A DNA stretch of 39,049 bases from the NCBI GenBank assembly GCA_017413305.1, contig JAFPUA010000158.1, positions 1-39,049 of the forward strand. The letters run 5' to 3'. The DNA is from Candidatus Ruminimicrobiellum caprinum. Lineage in GTDB: Bacteria > Elusimicrobiota > Endomicrobiia > Endomicrobiales > Endomicrobiaceae. The notes beneath the pieces were generated by a model. It was not told where the DNA came from. It searched no databases and saw only the letters and a list, made by a program, of their open reading frames with translations. Made by a program: the position numbers and the translations under genes. Each line of letters opens with the position of its first letter. Position 1 is the first letter of the stretch. Below are positions 22,679 to 31,679 of this stretch, piece after piece.

Positions 22679-24354
22679 TTAATGATTATCCCGCTGATAA
22701 TGCGCTTGTGATCGGTACAGCACTTCATACCGGGATTGAAAAGAATGTTGAAACCGCTATCAGGGATTATTACTTTTCCTTCCCCATTATCACAGATGAA
22801 CATATCACAGAAGCTTTGAAACTGGAAATGCAAATTCAAAAAGCAAGGGCGGTTGTTCCAGAAGGTGAATTTGAAGTTCCAATATTCACTAAGCATTTCA
22901 AGGGGTTTATTGATCTGCTTTCCCCGGTAGGTGATAACTACTTTGATTTGTATGATTTCAAGTATTCAAACAATGTTGAACACTATTTGAATTCAAGGCA
23001 GCTTCACCTATACAAGTATTACTTTGAACGGATGCACCCCCGAAAAAAGATAAGAAAAATGTTTTTCTTGTTTGTTCCAAAGAATACTTCAAAGCAGAAA
23101 ACCGGTGAACCTTTACAGTCATACCGGGAAAGGGTGCTTTCAGAACTATCAACAGAACAACCTAAACTTGTAGAAATACCCTTTGATTATAAAAAAGTAA
23201 TTGAACATCTTGAACTTATATCAGATGTTCAAGCGGAAACAGATTATGAAGCTAATTACACATGGCTTTGTAGGTATTGCGAATTTAGTGATTTTTGTCA
23301 GAAAGGAAGTAATTACATGATTCTACCAAGTGCCGAAAGAAGAAATATCACCGAAACCAAGAAAAGAAAGATTTGGATTTATGGCGCTGCTTTCAGTGGT
23401 AAAACCACTTTTCTTGATGCCGCCCCTAATCCCCTTAACCTTAACACGGATGGAAACATTCAGTTTGTTACCATGCCTTATATCCCCATTAAGGATGAAG
23501 TTACCGTTGAAGGTCGGGTTACTAAACGTAAATTTGCATGGGAAGTATTCAAAGATACTATCACGGAACTTGAAAAAGGCGGGAATGAGTTCAAGACAAT
23601 CATCGTTGATCTTCTGGAAGATACACGGGAAATGTGCCGGGTTTACAAGTATAACGAAATGAAGATTCAGCATGAATCAGATTCCGGTTATGGTAAGGGA
23701 TGGGATATTATTCGCACAGAATACCTTTCCACTATTCGCCGCTTGTTCAATCTGGATTATGAAAATATTGTTGTGGTTTCTCATGAAGATGTTTCCAAAG
23801 ATATTACCAAGAAAAACGGTCAAAACATTACCCGGATTGCCCCCAATATTCAAGACGCCATTGCTAACAAGATTGCTGGCATGGTTGATATTGTTGCCCG
23901 TGTAGTAGTTGAAGATGATGGAGCAAGAACCCTTAACTTCAAATCCAATGAAGTTGTGTTTGGTGGTGGACGCTTGAAGGGTATCACGGAAACCACAATC
24001 CCCCTTGATTGGAATGAACTTATGAGGATTTACGATGAAGCTAATGCCGCTATTGCTTCCGGGAAAGTAGATGAAACCCCGGCAGCGAAACCCAGCAGAA
24101 GCAGAAAGGTAAAAGATAACCCCGATATTAACCGGGTAGTTGGTGCAACGCTGGAAGAACAGAAAGCAGAAGAAGCCCTTGAAGGTGCTATTTTGGGAGT
24201 AACAGAACCGGAAGAACCTTATGTATCAGATGAAGAACTTCCTTTTGACCCTAATACCGATAAGGTAGAAGAAACCCTTCCCCCGATAGAACCGGAACAG
24301 GAAGCGCCCCCCGCCCCCGGAAGAAGAACCCGTAGGAGTAGAAAAGCAGAATGA
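22594..24354 (+). CDS. Fusion of a Cas4-like PD-(D/E)XK nuclease and an AAA_24 (Sak4-like) ATPase, with an acidic/Pro-rich tail ending in a basic patch
   Basis: The N-terminus has ECFESC, DLYDFKYS, QLHLYKYY and CRYCEFSDFC (Cys-x-n-CxxCx5C, the Fe-S nuclease pattern). From about residue 255 it has Walker A GAAFSGKTTF and Walker B IIVDLLED. The C-terminus is ...PPAPGRRTRRSRKAE. The start is TTG, after the RBS aaaggggtga. Confidence 0.75.
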   Translation: MQFSHSAIECFESCKRKYKLRYVDKLEVINDYPADNALVIGTALHTGIEKNVETAIRDYYFSFPIITDEHITEALKLEMQIQKARAVVPEGEFEVPIFTKHFKGFIDLLSPVGDNYFDLYDFKYSNNVEHYLNSRQLHLYKYYFERMHPRKKIRKMFFLFVPKNTSKQKTGEPLQSYRERVLSELSTEQPKLVEIPFDYKKVIEHLELISDVQAETDYEANYTWLCRYCEFSDFCQKGSNYMILPSAERRNITETKKRKIWIYGAAFSGKTTFLDAAPNPLNLNTDGNIQFVTMPYIPIKDEVTVEGRVTKRKFAWEVFKDTITELEKGGNEFKTIIVDLLEDTREMCRVYKYNEMKIQHESDSGYGKGWDIIRTEYLSTIRRLFNLDYENIVVVSHEDVSKDITKKNGQNITRIAPNIQDAIANKIAGMVDIVARVVVEDDGARTLNFKSNEVVFGGGRLKGITETTIPLDWNELMRIYDEANAAIASGKVDETPAAKPSRSRKVKDNPDINRVVGATLEEQKAEEALEGAILGVTEPEEPYVSDEELPFDPNTDKVEETLPPIEPEQEAPPAPGRRTRRSRKAE

Positions 24355-24491
24355 GAATCTTTCTTGCTTGTGCGGCTTTATTGCTGCTTTGGGGAATGAT
24401 CGGTGATAAAGAAACCGATAACCGCCGCAATTACACACTTGGTTTTGTAATTTGCATTGTCGGTGTGATCTTACTTGAAATTTATAAATAA
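24351..24491 (+). CDS. Small membrane protein (46 aa)
   Basis: Absent from the track. Its ATG overlaps the previous stop (ATGA). Two hydrophobic segments. Confidence 0.35.
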   Translation: MRIFLACAALLLLWGMIGDKETDNRRNYTLGFVICIVGVILLEIYK

Positions 24492-24514
24492 CTAAGAAAG
24501 GTTAGGTATTAAAA

Positions 24515-24991
24515 ATGGCTGATATGTTTGATAAGTGGGATTCCGAAATTGATACGGAAGGTTTGCAGAAAGATGTTGAAGAAGCCGCTAAAAATGGTGG
24601 TACATACAAAGAAGTTCCCGATGGAACTTATGAAGTTGCCGTTGAAAAGATGGAATTGGTAGCTTCCAAGAAGGGTGACCCCATGGTTTCTATCTGGTTT
24701 AAGATTCTTGCCGGTGATTTTAAGAATTCCCGAATTTTCTATAATCAGATTGTTCAGAATGGGGTTGGAATTCACTTCAACAATGAACTGTTGCGTTCTA
24801 TGGGGCTTGATTGCATTTCCAGCATTGAAAGCCGGGGCGGTAAGCTGTTTCAGAGTTATAAGCAGTATGCAAATCTGCTTATGGATGCAGCGGAAGAAAT
24901 TGATTCTTCCAATCTTACCTTCCAACTTGAATATGGTACGGGAAGTAAGGGTTTTCATACTTACGCTATCGAAGATGTTTTTGAAAATTAA
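24515..24991 (+). CDS. DUF669-like phage protein (SSB-like partner of AAA_24 recombinases)
   Basis: ...YKEVPDGTYEVAVEKMELVASKKGDPMVSIWFKILAGDFKN.RIFYN resembles DUF669. It lies next to the AAA_24 domain gene. Confidence 0.55.
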   Translation: MADMFDKWDSEIDTEGLQKDVEEAAKNGGTYKEVPDGTYEVAVEKMELVASKKGDPMVSIWFKILAGDFKNSRIFYNQIVQNGVGIHFNNELLRSMGLDCISSIESRGGKLFQSYKQYANLLMDAAEEIDSSNLTFQLEYGTGSKGFHTYAIEDVFEN

Positions 24992-25010
24992 GGTTCAAAA
25001 ACAATAATAA

Positions 25011-25038
25011 TTCCCCCGGTGATCTAAAACCGGGGGAA
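25011..25038 (+). terminator. 10-bp-stem hairpin (ttcccccggt / accgggggaa), terminator-like but with no T tract
   Basis: Perfect inverted repeat with an 8-nt loop, between the DUF669-like and polymerase genes. Confidence 0.35.
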
Positions 25039-25052
25039 CTTCCAGAAAGGAA

Positions 25053-26825
25053 GTGATTACAATTCTATTCTATGATTTTGAAGTGTTCAAATATGATTGG
25101 TTGGTTGTAATCATGGATATGACCGAAAAGAAAGAAACCGTCATTGTTAATGATGTGGATGCCCTTGAAGCCTTTTATCAAAGCAAAATCAATGATATTT
25201 GGGCGGGGTTCAATTCCCGGAACTATGACCAATGGATTTTGAAAGGTTTGCTTTGTGGCTTTGACCCTAAGAAAATCAATGATTACATCATTGTGAAAGG
25301 TAACCCCGGATGGAAATACAGCAGCTTGTTTAGGGGTATGCAACTTTACAACTATGATGTAATGGCAAACATTGACCGGGGCTTAAAAGTTTTTGAGGGG
25401 TTCATGGGAAATAACATTAAAGAAACAAGTGTTCCTTTTGACATTGATCGGAAGTTGACCCCGGAAGAAATAGAACAGACGGTTTTTTATTGTAGGCATG
25501 ATGTACAGCAGACTATTGAAGTTTTCCTAAAGCGCAAGGATGATTTTACCGCCCATATGGGTTTAGTGAAGCTTGCTTGTGAAGGGCGGGAACTTGATTT
25601 GAACCTTTTGGGAAAAACTAAAGCCCAACTTGCCGCCGTTATTCTGGAAGCAACACAGAAACCCCATAAAGATGAATTTGATATAGATTTTCCAGATACC
25701 TTAGATATTCACAAATACACCCATGTTTTAGATTGGTACAATGACCCGGAACATAGAAAATATACCTTCACTGTTCCCGGAAAGAAAACCCCGGAGAAAA
25801 TGCAGCTTCAAACCACTATTGCCGGTTGTCCCCATGTTTTTGCATGGGGCGGAGTACATGGGGCGCTTGAAAAATATCATGGTAAGGGATATTTCCTAAT
25901 GGCTGATGTTGCTTCCCTATATCCTTCCTTGATGATTCGTTACAATCTTCATTCCCGAAACATGAAAGACCCTAAGAAGTATGAAGAAATCTATCATACC
26001 CGGCTTAAATATAAGGCTGAAAAGAACCCGCTGCAAGCGCCTTTGAAGTTGGTGCTAAATTCTACTTATGGAGTTATGAAAGACCCAAATAATGGGTTAT
26101 ATGACCCAAGACAGGCAAACAGGGTTTGCATTTACGGTCAGTTGCTTATTCTGGATTTGATAGAACATCTTGAAGTGATTCCCGGCTTGCAGCTTATTCA
26201 ATCAAACACAGATGGTATTTTAATCAAAATGGCTAATGCAGATGATTATTACCGGGTGGATGATATTTGTGCAACATGGGAAGAAAGAACAGGGTTGAAT
26301 TTGGAATTTGATGAATATTCAGAAGTGTTTCAGAAGGATGTAAACAATTATCTGATTCTTCCCCATGGTGATTTGTACGATGAAAAAGGAAAACCCCGGT
26401 GGAAGTCTAAAGGTGCTTATGTGAAGAAATTAAACCCGCTGGATTATGACTTACCTATTATAAATCAAGCTTTGGTTGATTATATGGTGAAGAAAATTCC
26501 GGTGGAAAGAACAATAGCCGCTTGCAATGATCTAAAGGAATTCCAACTTGTAACTAAGATTTCCGGTAAGTATGAAGTAATTCTTCATGGTGGAAAACCC
26601 TTAAATGAAAAGTGTATTAGAATCTTTGCTTCAACAGATGAAGCGGATGGGGGAGTTTATAAAGTACACGCTGAAACACATAAACCCGCAAAGATTCAAA
26701 ATAGCCCGGAACATTGCTTTATCTTCAATGATGAAGTGAACGGGGTTAAATGCCCTTCCAAGCTGGATAGAACTTGGTATGTTGCCCTTGCAAACAAGCG
26801 GTTGAAAGATTTTGGGGTGATCTAA
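25053..26825 (+). CDS. Family B DNA polymerase
   Basis: Exo motif FYDFEV; motif A DVASLYPSLM; motif B KLVLNSTYGV; motif C QSNTDGILI. GTG start after the RBS gaaaggaag. Confidence 0.85.
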   Translation: MITILFYDFEVFKYDWLVVIMDMTEKKETVIVNDVDALEAFYQSKINDIWAGFNSRNYDQWILKGLLCGFDPKKINDYIIVKGNPGWKYSSLFRGMQLYNYDVMANIDRGLKVFEGFMGNNIKETSVPFDIDRKLTPEEIEQTVFYCRHDVQQTIEVFLKRKDDFTAHMGLVKLACEGRELDLNLLGKTKAQLAAVILEATQKPHKDEFDIDFPDTLDIHKYTHVLDWYNDPEHRKYTFTVPGKKTPEKMQLQTTIAGCPHVFAWGGVHGALEKYHGKGYFLMADVASLYPSLMIRYNLHSRNMKDPKKYEEIYHTRLKYKAEKNPLQAPLKLVLNSTYGVMKDPNNGLYDPRQANRVCIYGQLLILDLIEHLEVIPGLQLIQSNTDGILIKMANADDYYRVDDICATWEERTGLNLEFDEYSEVFQKDVNNYLILPHGDLYDEKGKPRWKSKGAYVKKLNPLDYDLPIINQALVDYMVKKIPVERTIAACNDLKEFQLVTKISGKYEVILHGGKPLNEKCIRIFASTDEADGGVYKVHAETHKPAKIQNSPEHCFIFNDEVNGVKCPSKLDRTWYVALANKRLKDFGVI

Positions 26826-27226
26826 TGGAAGAAAAAAAAGAAACCATAATCAAAATAAATTGGGGTTCTGGAAACATGGTTTTCATTGCTGAAAAGTTCT
26901 TTCCGATTACCGCCGAAAAAATGACAAAGCTTTATAAAAAGTGTATTCGTCATGATTGGAAACACCAAGATGAAATTGTAAAGCAGATTTTTGAAGCGCT
27001 AAATTGGAAAGAACAGGATTTGAAAAAAACCTTAGAATTTCAGATTACCCGAAAAGCAGATATTGAACAGGAATTAGCCCTTTTAAGGGGTAGAAGCTTG
27101 GAAAAAGACCAAGTTAAAAACAAATTAGCCAACATAAAAGAACAGGTCAGATTGACAAATCAAGAGTTGAAACAGGTTCAAAAGAATATTGAACTTTTAA
27201 CCATGCTTTCAACACCTAAGAAGTAG
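26825..27226 (+). CDS. Hypothetical coiled-coil protein
   Basis: ATG overlaps the polymerase stop (TAATG). Sequence MEEKKETIIK.... Confidence 0.4.
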   Translation: MEEKKETIIKINWGSGNMVFIAEKFFPITAEKMTKLYKKCIRHDWKHQDEIVKQIFEALNWKEQDLKKTLEFQITRKADIEQELALLRGRSLEKDQVKNKLANIKEQVRLTNQELKQVQKNIELLTMLSTPKK

Positions 27227-27234
27227 GTGGAATT

Positions 27235-29163
27235 ATGGGTTGGACTGGAAACAATACCGCTTTCAGAACTTACATAAAGGGGAAAGATAAAGCTTCCGCA
27301 GAAGCACACAAAGGGAAAGACCATGTAAGAACCTTTGAAGATGCTTCTCAATTCCCTTCCTTTGGTGCTGCTTTGAATGATGGGTTTGTTGATATTTCCT
27401 TTGATACGGAAGAACTTTCAAACAAGTTCCTTGATATTGCCGATAAACACGGCTGGAACTGCTTGATTCTGGAAAACATTGAAAATGGTCACATTCACAG
27501 CATTTGGAAAGATACCAAGCACCGAATTATTAAAGATGGGAGAGATAAAAAGCTTGCTGTTGGCTTAATAGCCGATATTCACAGCGGTTCAACCTATATC
27601 CCTTTACGGGTAAACGGTGTTGATAGATTTCCCCCGTATTTTGACCCGGAAAACACCTTTGATGAAGTTCCTAATGAATTGCTTCCTGTTTCAACTACTA
27701 TTGATCTGCTTGGAATGGAAGAAGGGGATGGAAGGAATGATACCCTTTACCGCTATATTCTGATTCTTCAAAATCAGCTTTATCTTGAAGATGAAGCTAT
27801 TAGGGCGGTTATTCGGAATATCAATGAATTCATCTTAAAAGAACCGCTTTCAGAAGAAGAACTAAGTGTAATCTTACGGGATGAAAGCTTTCAAAAACCT
27901 TCTTTCTTCAAAGGTAATACATTCCTGTTTGATAAATTCGCTGCTTACATTGTCAATATAGCCCATGTTGTTAGTATCAATAATCAGCTTCACATTTACC
28001 GGGATGGGGCTTATGTAACTGGCTATAGAGCAATAGAGAAAATCATGATAAAAAGCATTCCCAATTTGAAGAAAACACAGCGCCGGGAAGTAATTGAATA
28101 CATGGAACTGATAGCAGAAACCTTGAAACCCGCTGATGCCCGGTATATTGCTTTTCGGAATGGAATTTACAACATAGTTGAAAATAGTTTAACACCCTTC
28201 ACCCCTAACTTGGTTATCACTAATAAAATAGATTGGGATTATAACCCAAATGCCTATTCTGAATTAGCTGATACAGTTCTTAACCGGATTTCCTGTAATG
28301 ATCGGGAAGTAAGGCTTTTGCTGGAAGAATGTATTGGTTACTGTTTTTATCGCCGCAATGAACGGGGAAAAGCTTTCATCTTGACCGGTGCAAAATCAAA
28401 CGGTAAATCAACTTTTTTGGACTGTATCAAAACGGTTCTTGGAGCGGATAACATTTCTGCTTTGGAATTGAAAGAATTAGGTGATAGGTTTTCTTCCGCT
28501 ATGATGTTTGGAAAGCTGGCTAACCTTTCGGATGATATAGCAGATGATTTCTTACAGGGAAGCCAAATAAGCACCTTTAAGAAAGTGGTAACCGGTAACC
28601 GGATAAAAGCGGAACGGAAAGGGCAAGACCCCTTTGAATTTGAACCTTATGTGAAAATCATTGCTTCCGCTAATGATATTCCAAGAACAAAAGACAGAAC
28701 CGGGGCAGTTCTTAGGCGCTTGGTGATTATCCCCTTTAACGCAAGCTTTGAACCGCTGCTTCCAGATGGAACACCTAACCCAAACTATGATTCTGAAATC
28801 AAGTATAAGCTGTTTGAACAGGATTGTATTGAATACTTCATTAAGGTTGGTATTGAAGGGTTGCAACGGGTTATAAAGAATGATCGTTTCACAGAACCGC
28901 AAGTTGTAACAGAAGCCTTGAAAGGATATGAAGAAGAAAATAACCCCATTATTGGTTTTCTGGAACAAACGGAACTTGATGAAATCGAAAATGAACCTAC
29001 CCCCGATGTTTACCGGCTGTATCAGGTGTTTTGTGCTGAAAACGGTATGAACCCCATGGGCGCTAAAGAATTCACCAAACAGGTTTGCAAGCGGTTGAAC
29101 ATGGATGTAAAAGATGCAAGGGTGAACGGAAGAAAAACCCGGATTTATGTTAGAAAGGATTGA
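27235..29163 (+). CDS. Primase-helicase (prim-pol-like N-terminus plus P4/D5-family NTPase)
   Basis: 642 aa with Walker A LTGAKSNGKSTFLD and Walker B-like NLSDD. The overall architecture is typical of phage/plasmid P4-family primases. Confidence 0.8.
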   Translation: MGWTGNNTAFRTYIKGKDKASAEAHKGKDHVRTFEDASQFPSFGAALNDGFVDISFDTEELSNKFLDIADKHGWNCLILENIENGHIHSIWKDTKHRIIKDGRDKKLAVGLIADIHSGSTYIPLRVNGVDRFPPYFDPENTFDEVPNELLPVSTTIDLLGMEEGDGRNDTLYRYILILQNQLYLEDEAIRAVIRNINEFILKEPLSEEELSVILRDESFQKPSFFKGNTFLFDKFAAYIVNIAHVVSINNQLHIYRDGAYVTGYRAIEKIMIKSIPNLKKTQRREVIEYMELIAETLKPADARYIAFRNGIYNIVENSLTPFTPNLVITNKIDWDYNPNAYSELADTVLNRISCNDREVRLLLEECIGYCFYRRNERGKAFILTGAKSNGKSTFLDCIKTVLGADNISALELKELGDRFSSAMMFGKLANLSDDIADDFLQGSQISTFKKVVTGNRIKAERKGQDPFEFEPYVKIIASANDIPRTKDRTGAVLRRLVIIPFNASFEPLLPDGTPNPNYDSEIKYKLFEQDCIEYFIKVGIEGLQRVIKNDRFTEPQVVTEALKGYEEENNPIIGFLEQTELDEIENEPTPDVYRLYQVFCAENGMNPMGAKEFTKQVCKRLNMDVKDARVNGRKTRIYVRKD

Positions 29164-29717
29164 TAATGATGGATGTGAATAAAAGGATTGAATTTTTCAG
29201 AAATTTTCTTAACCCGGCTATGCCTATGGAAAGTATTGAACGGATTGAAACAGGGTTGAAAGATTTAGATTTTTTCAATAAACCCGCTTCCATTTCACAT
29301 CATGGAATGAATACCGGTGATCTGTTTGAACATTCCCTTGATGTTGCCCGGAACTTGGTTGATCTGACAAAGCGGTTGGAACTGAAATGGGATAGAAGTT
29401 CTTCCCCTTATATTGTTGGTTTGCTGCATGATCTTTGTAAATGTGATAATTACATTCATCCCCCAGCAGACACAGACCCGGAACATTGGGAATATAACAA
29501 TGCAACCATTCTAACCGGTCACGGGGAAAAATCGGTAATTATGGCCTTGAAGATTCTTCCCCTTACGGATGAAGAAATTGCTTGTATTAGATGGCATATG
29601 GGCGCTTTCGATGATAAAGGGAACTGGAACAATTATGGTCATGCCGTGACCGTTTACCCCAATGTTCTTTTTACCCATACCGCTGATATGATCGCCGCCC
29701 GGATTCATGGTATTTGA
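29160..29717 (+). CDS. HD-domain phosphohydrolase
   Basis: Contains H...HSLDVA, GLLHDLCK and GHGEKS motifs. Confidence 0.7.
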   Translation: MIMMDVNKRIEFFRNFLNPAMPMESIERIETGLKDLDFFNKPASISHHGMNTGDLFEHSLDVARNLVDLTKRLELKWDRSSSPYIVGLLHDLCKCDNYIHPPADTDPEHWEYNNATILTGHGEKSVIMALKILPLTDEEIACIRWHMGAFDDKGNWNNYGHAVTVYPNVLFTHTADMIAARIHGI

Positions 29718-29931
29718 TATGGAGAATCAGAACCCTAAGAAAAATAGTGAAGGTTATGCAGACCCTACCGCCTATAACGGGTTAAAGACCATAATCAAGG
29801 AAGAATCTGAAAGCGAAAAACGAAACCGGGAACTGATACATATTTTCAGAACAATAGCCTATCTTGCCGGTTTTGAAATCGTTGGAAGAATTACCTTGAA
29901 AGATAAATTTAATGGAAAGGTGTACAAATGA
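29707..29931 (+). CDS. Hypothetical protein
   Basis: 74-aa ORF. The start may be the ATG at 29719 (MENQNPKK). Confidence 0.35.
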   Translation: MVFDMENQNPKKNSEGYADPTAYNGLKTIIKEESESEKRNRELIHIFRTIAYLAGFEIVGRITLKDKFNGKVYK

Positions 29932-30122
29932 TGGATGAAACCTATACTATTGAAATCCATTTTGTGAATGGAGATAAGAAAGAAATCCCCGGTGCTTCAA
30001 ATTGGGGTTATCAGAAAGCAGCGGAAGGGAACTATTGCTTTTTCGTTGAAAAGGACAAGCACAGGGATTACTTTCCTTCCGTCAATGTAAACGCTATTGG
30101 AAAGGCCGGTGATTTTAGATGA
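29928..30122 (+). CDS. Hypothetical protein
   Basis: 64-aa ORF with overlapping start and stop codons on both sides. Confidence 0.35.
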   Translation: MMDETYTIEIHFVNGDKKEIPGASNWGYQKAAEGNYCFFVEKDKHRDYFPSVNVNAIGKAGDFR

Positions 30123-30772
30123 TTAAAGTTGAAAAAGTTCAAGTTTGGGGATTTGAACACGCTGTTAGAGGAATGCGGAATCCATATGATTCATGGGAAA
30201 AATCTGATAGCACCTTTTGTAAAGTAACTGATTGTTATAATTGCGATAATACTTATTTGGGGAAACCGTGCTTTGTAATTGGTGCAAATGATCTAAAATT
30301 GATGCGTCAACTTTTCGCCGCTGGAACAGAACACAGGAAGTTTCTTAGACAGATTGTTGTCAGCATGGATATTATCGCCCCTTTCTATTGGTGGAAAGAA
30401 TTTGATACCTATAAAGTTGGCACGGTTGCTAATAGCTGTTCTACCATGCACACGATAGCCAAGAAAGAATTTACCCTTGATGATTTCAGCACGGAACACC
30501 TTACCAATACTTCAATTAAGGTGCTTGGTGATCTGATAAGAACTATGAATGTTTTCCGGGATTCATACCTTAGAAACGGAAACAAAGTTGATTGGTGGCA
30601 GCTTATTCAGCTTCTTCCTACTTCTTATAATCAGAAAAGAACTGTTACTTTCAATTATGAAAACGCTGCAACTATTATCAAGCAGCGGAACAATCATAAG
30701 CTGAATGAATGGAATGATTTCATTGAAGAACTGCTTAAGCTTCCGAATTTAGCAAAAATCATAGGAAAATAG
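30119..30772 (+). CDS. ThyX-like (flavin-dependent thymidylate synthase fold) protein, tentative
   Basis: RGMRNPYDSWEKSDS...EHRKFLRQI.VSMDIIAPFYWWKEFDTYKVGT.ANSCSTMH resembles phage ThyX-like proteins from memory. No canonical RHR motif was seen. Confidence 0.4.
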   Translation: MIKVEKVQVWGFEHAVRGMRNPYDSWEKSDSTFCKVTDCYNCDNTYLGKPCFVIGANDLKLMRQLFAAGTEHRKFLRQIVVSMDIIAPFYWWKEFDTYKVGTVANSCSTMHTIAKKEFTLDDFSTEHLTNTSIKVLGDLIRTMNVFRDSYLRNGNKVDWWQLIQLLPTSYNQKRTVTFNYENAATIIKQRNNHKLNEWNDFIEELLKLPNLAKIIGK

Positions 30773-30781
30773 GCCGTTTTT

Positions 30782-31059
30782 GTTCCGCTGTTCCGCTGAT
30801 TGTTCCGTTAAAGTTGTTTTAGCGGAACAGAGTAAAAGCCTTAATTTACTTATGTTTTTAAGATGCTTGTTCCGCTGTTCCGCTGAATGGTTAATGTTCT
30901 TATATAAGACTTTAGTATATTAAAGTATATAAAAATAATAATATATAGAATATAGGCGATTTTTGCGGAACAACGGAACAGAATGTTAAAAAAGCCTTGA
31001 TTTTACAGGGTTTTTAAGGTGTTCCGCTAAAATCAGCAGCGGAACAAGCGGAACGGAAC
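30782..31059. repeat. GTTCCG/CGGAAC motif array B: 6 forward and 6 inverted exact copies around an AT-rich core
   Basis: GTTCCG occurs at 30782, 30790, 30802, 30869, 30877 and 31021. CGGAAC occurs at 30823, 30966, 30974, 31040, 31049 and 31054. The 18-mer GTTCCGCTGTTCCGCTGA is repeated exactly at 30782 and 30869. Confidence 0.75.
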
Positions 31060-31084
31060 AGATTCTATAGAAAGGGGTGTTAAT

Positions 31085-31504
31085 GTGACTTTCTTTGAAG
31101 CAAAGAAGTATTTGCAGCAAGTAAGGATTCTGAATCAGAACATCAATATAAAAATGCAAAGGCTTTACGAAATGAAGCAACAGCGGCTTTGTATTCCGGC
31201 TAATGACTATTCTAAAGATAAAGTTCAATCTTCTTTGAATGGTGATAATCTTGAAAAATTAATTTCAAAAATCGTTGATCTTGATGAAGAAATAAATACT
31301 TTGATTGATTCTTATGTTTCGTTAAAATGGGAAATCATTAAAAAGCTGGAACGGTTAGAGAATAAGAAGCAGCGAGAAGTTTTGCTTCTAAAATACATAG
31401 ATGGTGAATCTATTTCAGAAATAGCCTTTGAAATGAATTTATCCGCAAACCGGATAAAACAGATAACAAATGATGGAATTATGAACTTTGCAAAAATATC
31501 TTGA
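31085..31504 (+). CDS. Sigma-70 region 4-like late transcription regulator (RinA/DUF1492-like)
   Basis: The C-terminal ...REVLLLKYIDGESISEIAFEMNLSANRIKQITNDGIMNF is a sigma region-4 type HTH. GTG start after the RBS aaagggg. It lies immediately upstream of the packaging genes. Confidence 0.6.
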   Translation: MTFFEAKKYLQQVRILNQNINIKMQRLYEMKQQRLCIPANDYSKDKVQSSLNGDNLEKLISKIVDLDEEINTLIDSYVSLKWEIIKKLERLENKKQREVLLLKYIDGESISEIAFEMNLSANRIKQITNDGIMNFAKIS

Positions 31505-31528
31505 CTTACCAAGCAAATGTGATATTAT
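31501..31528 (+). promoter_or_regulatory. Promoter candidate TTGACT-16-TGaTATTAT upstream of the late operon
   Basis: The -35 is at 31501..31506 (overlapping the sigma-like gene's stop) and the -10 at 31523..31528, with an upstream TG. Confidence 0.5.
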
Positions 31529-31556
31529 GTCAATGTGAAATTTTATATGTAATCAG

Positions 31557-31588
31557 AAACCCGCCTATCATGCTCAGTAGGCGGGTTT
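31557..31588 (+). terminator. Leader hairpin 1 (11-bp stem, terminator-like)
   Basis: The arm aaacccgccta (31557..31567) pairs with taggcgggttt (31578..31588). It is followed by gtctt. Confidence 0.5.
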
Positions 31589-31595
31589 GTCTTAT

Positions 31596-31671
31596 CCCCC
31601 GGAAGGTTTTCCATAGCCGGTTGATTGGTCGGGCAATCGGTGAACCTCCTTCCTTCCGGGGGAACTTTTTT
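31596..31671 (+). terminator. Leader hairpin 2 (11-bp GC-rich stem, 45-nt structured loop, T6 tail)
   Basis: The arm cccccggaagg (31596..31606) pairs with ccttccggggg (31652..31662). It is followed by aacTTTTTT. An inner gattg/caatc stem lies within the loop. Confidence 0.45.
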
Positions 31672-31679
31672 AGAAAGGG

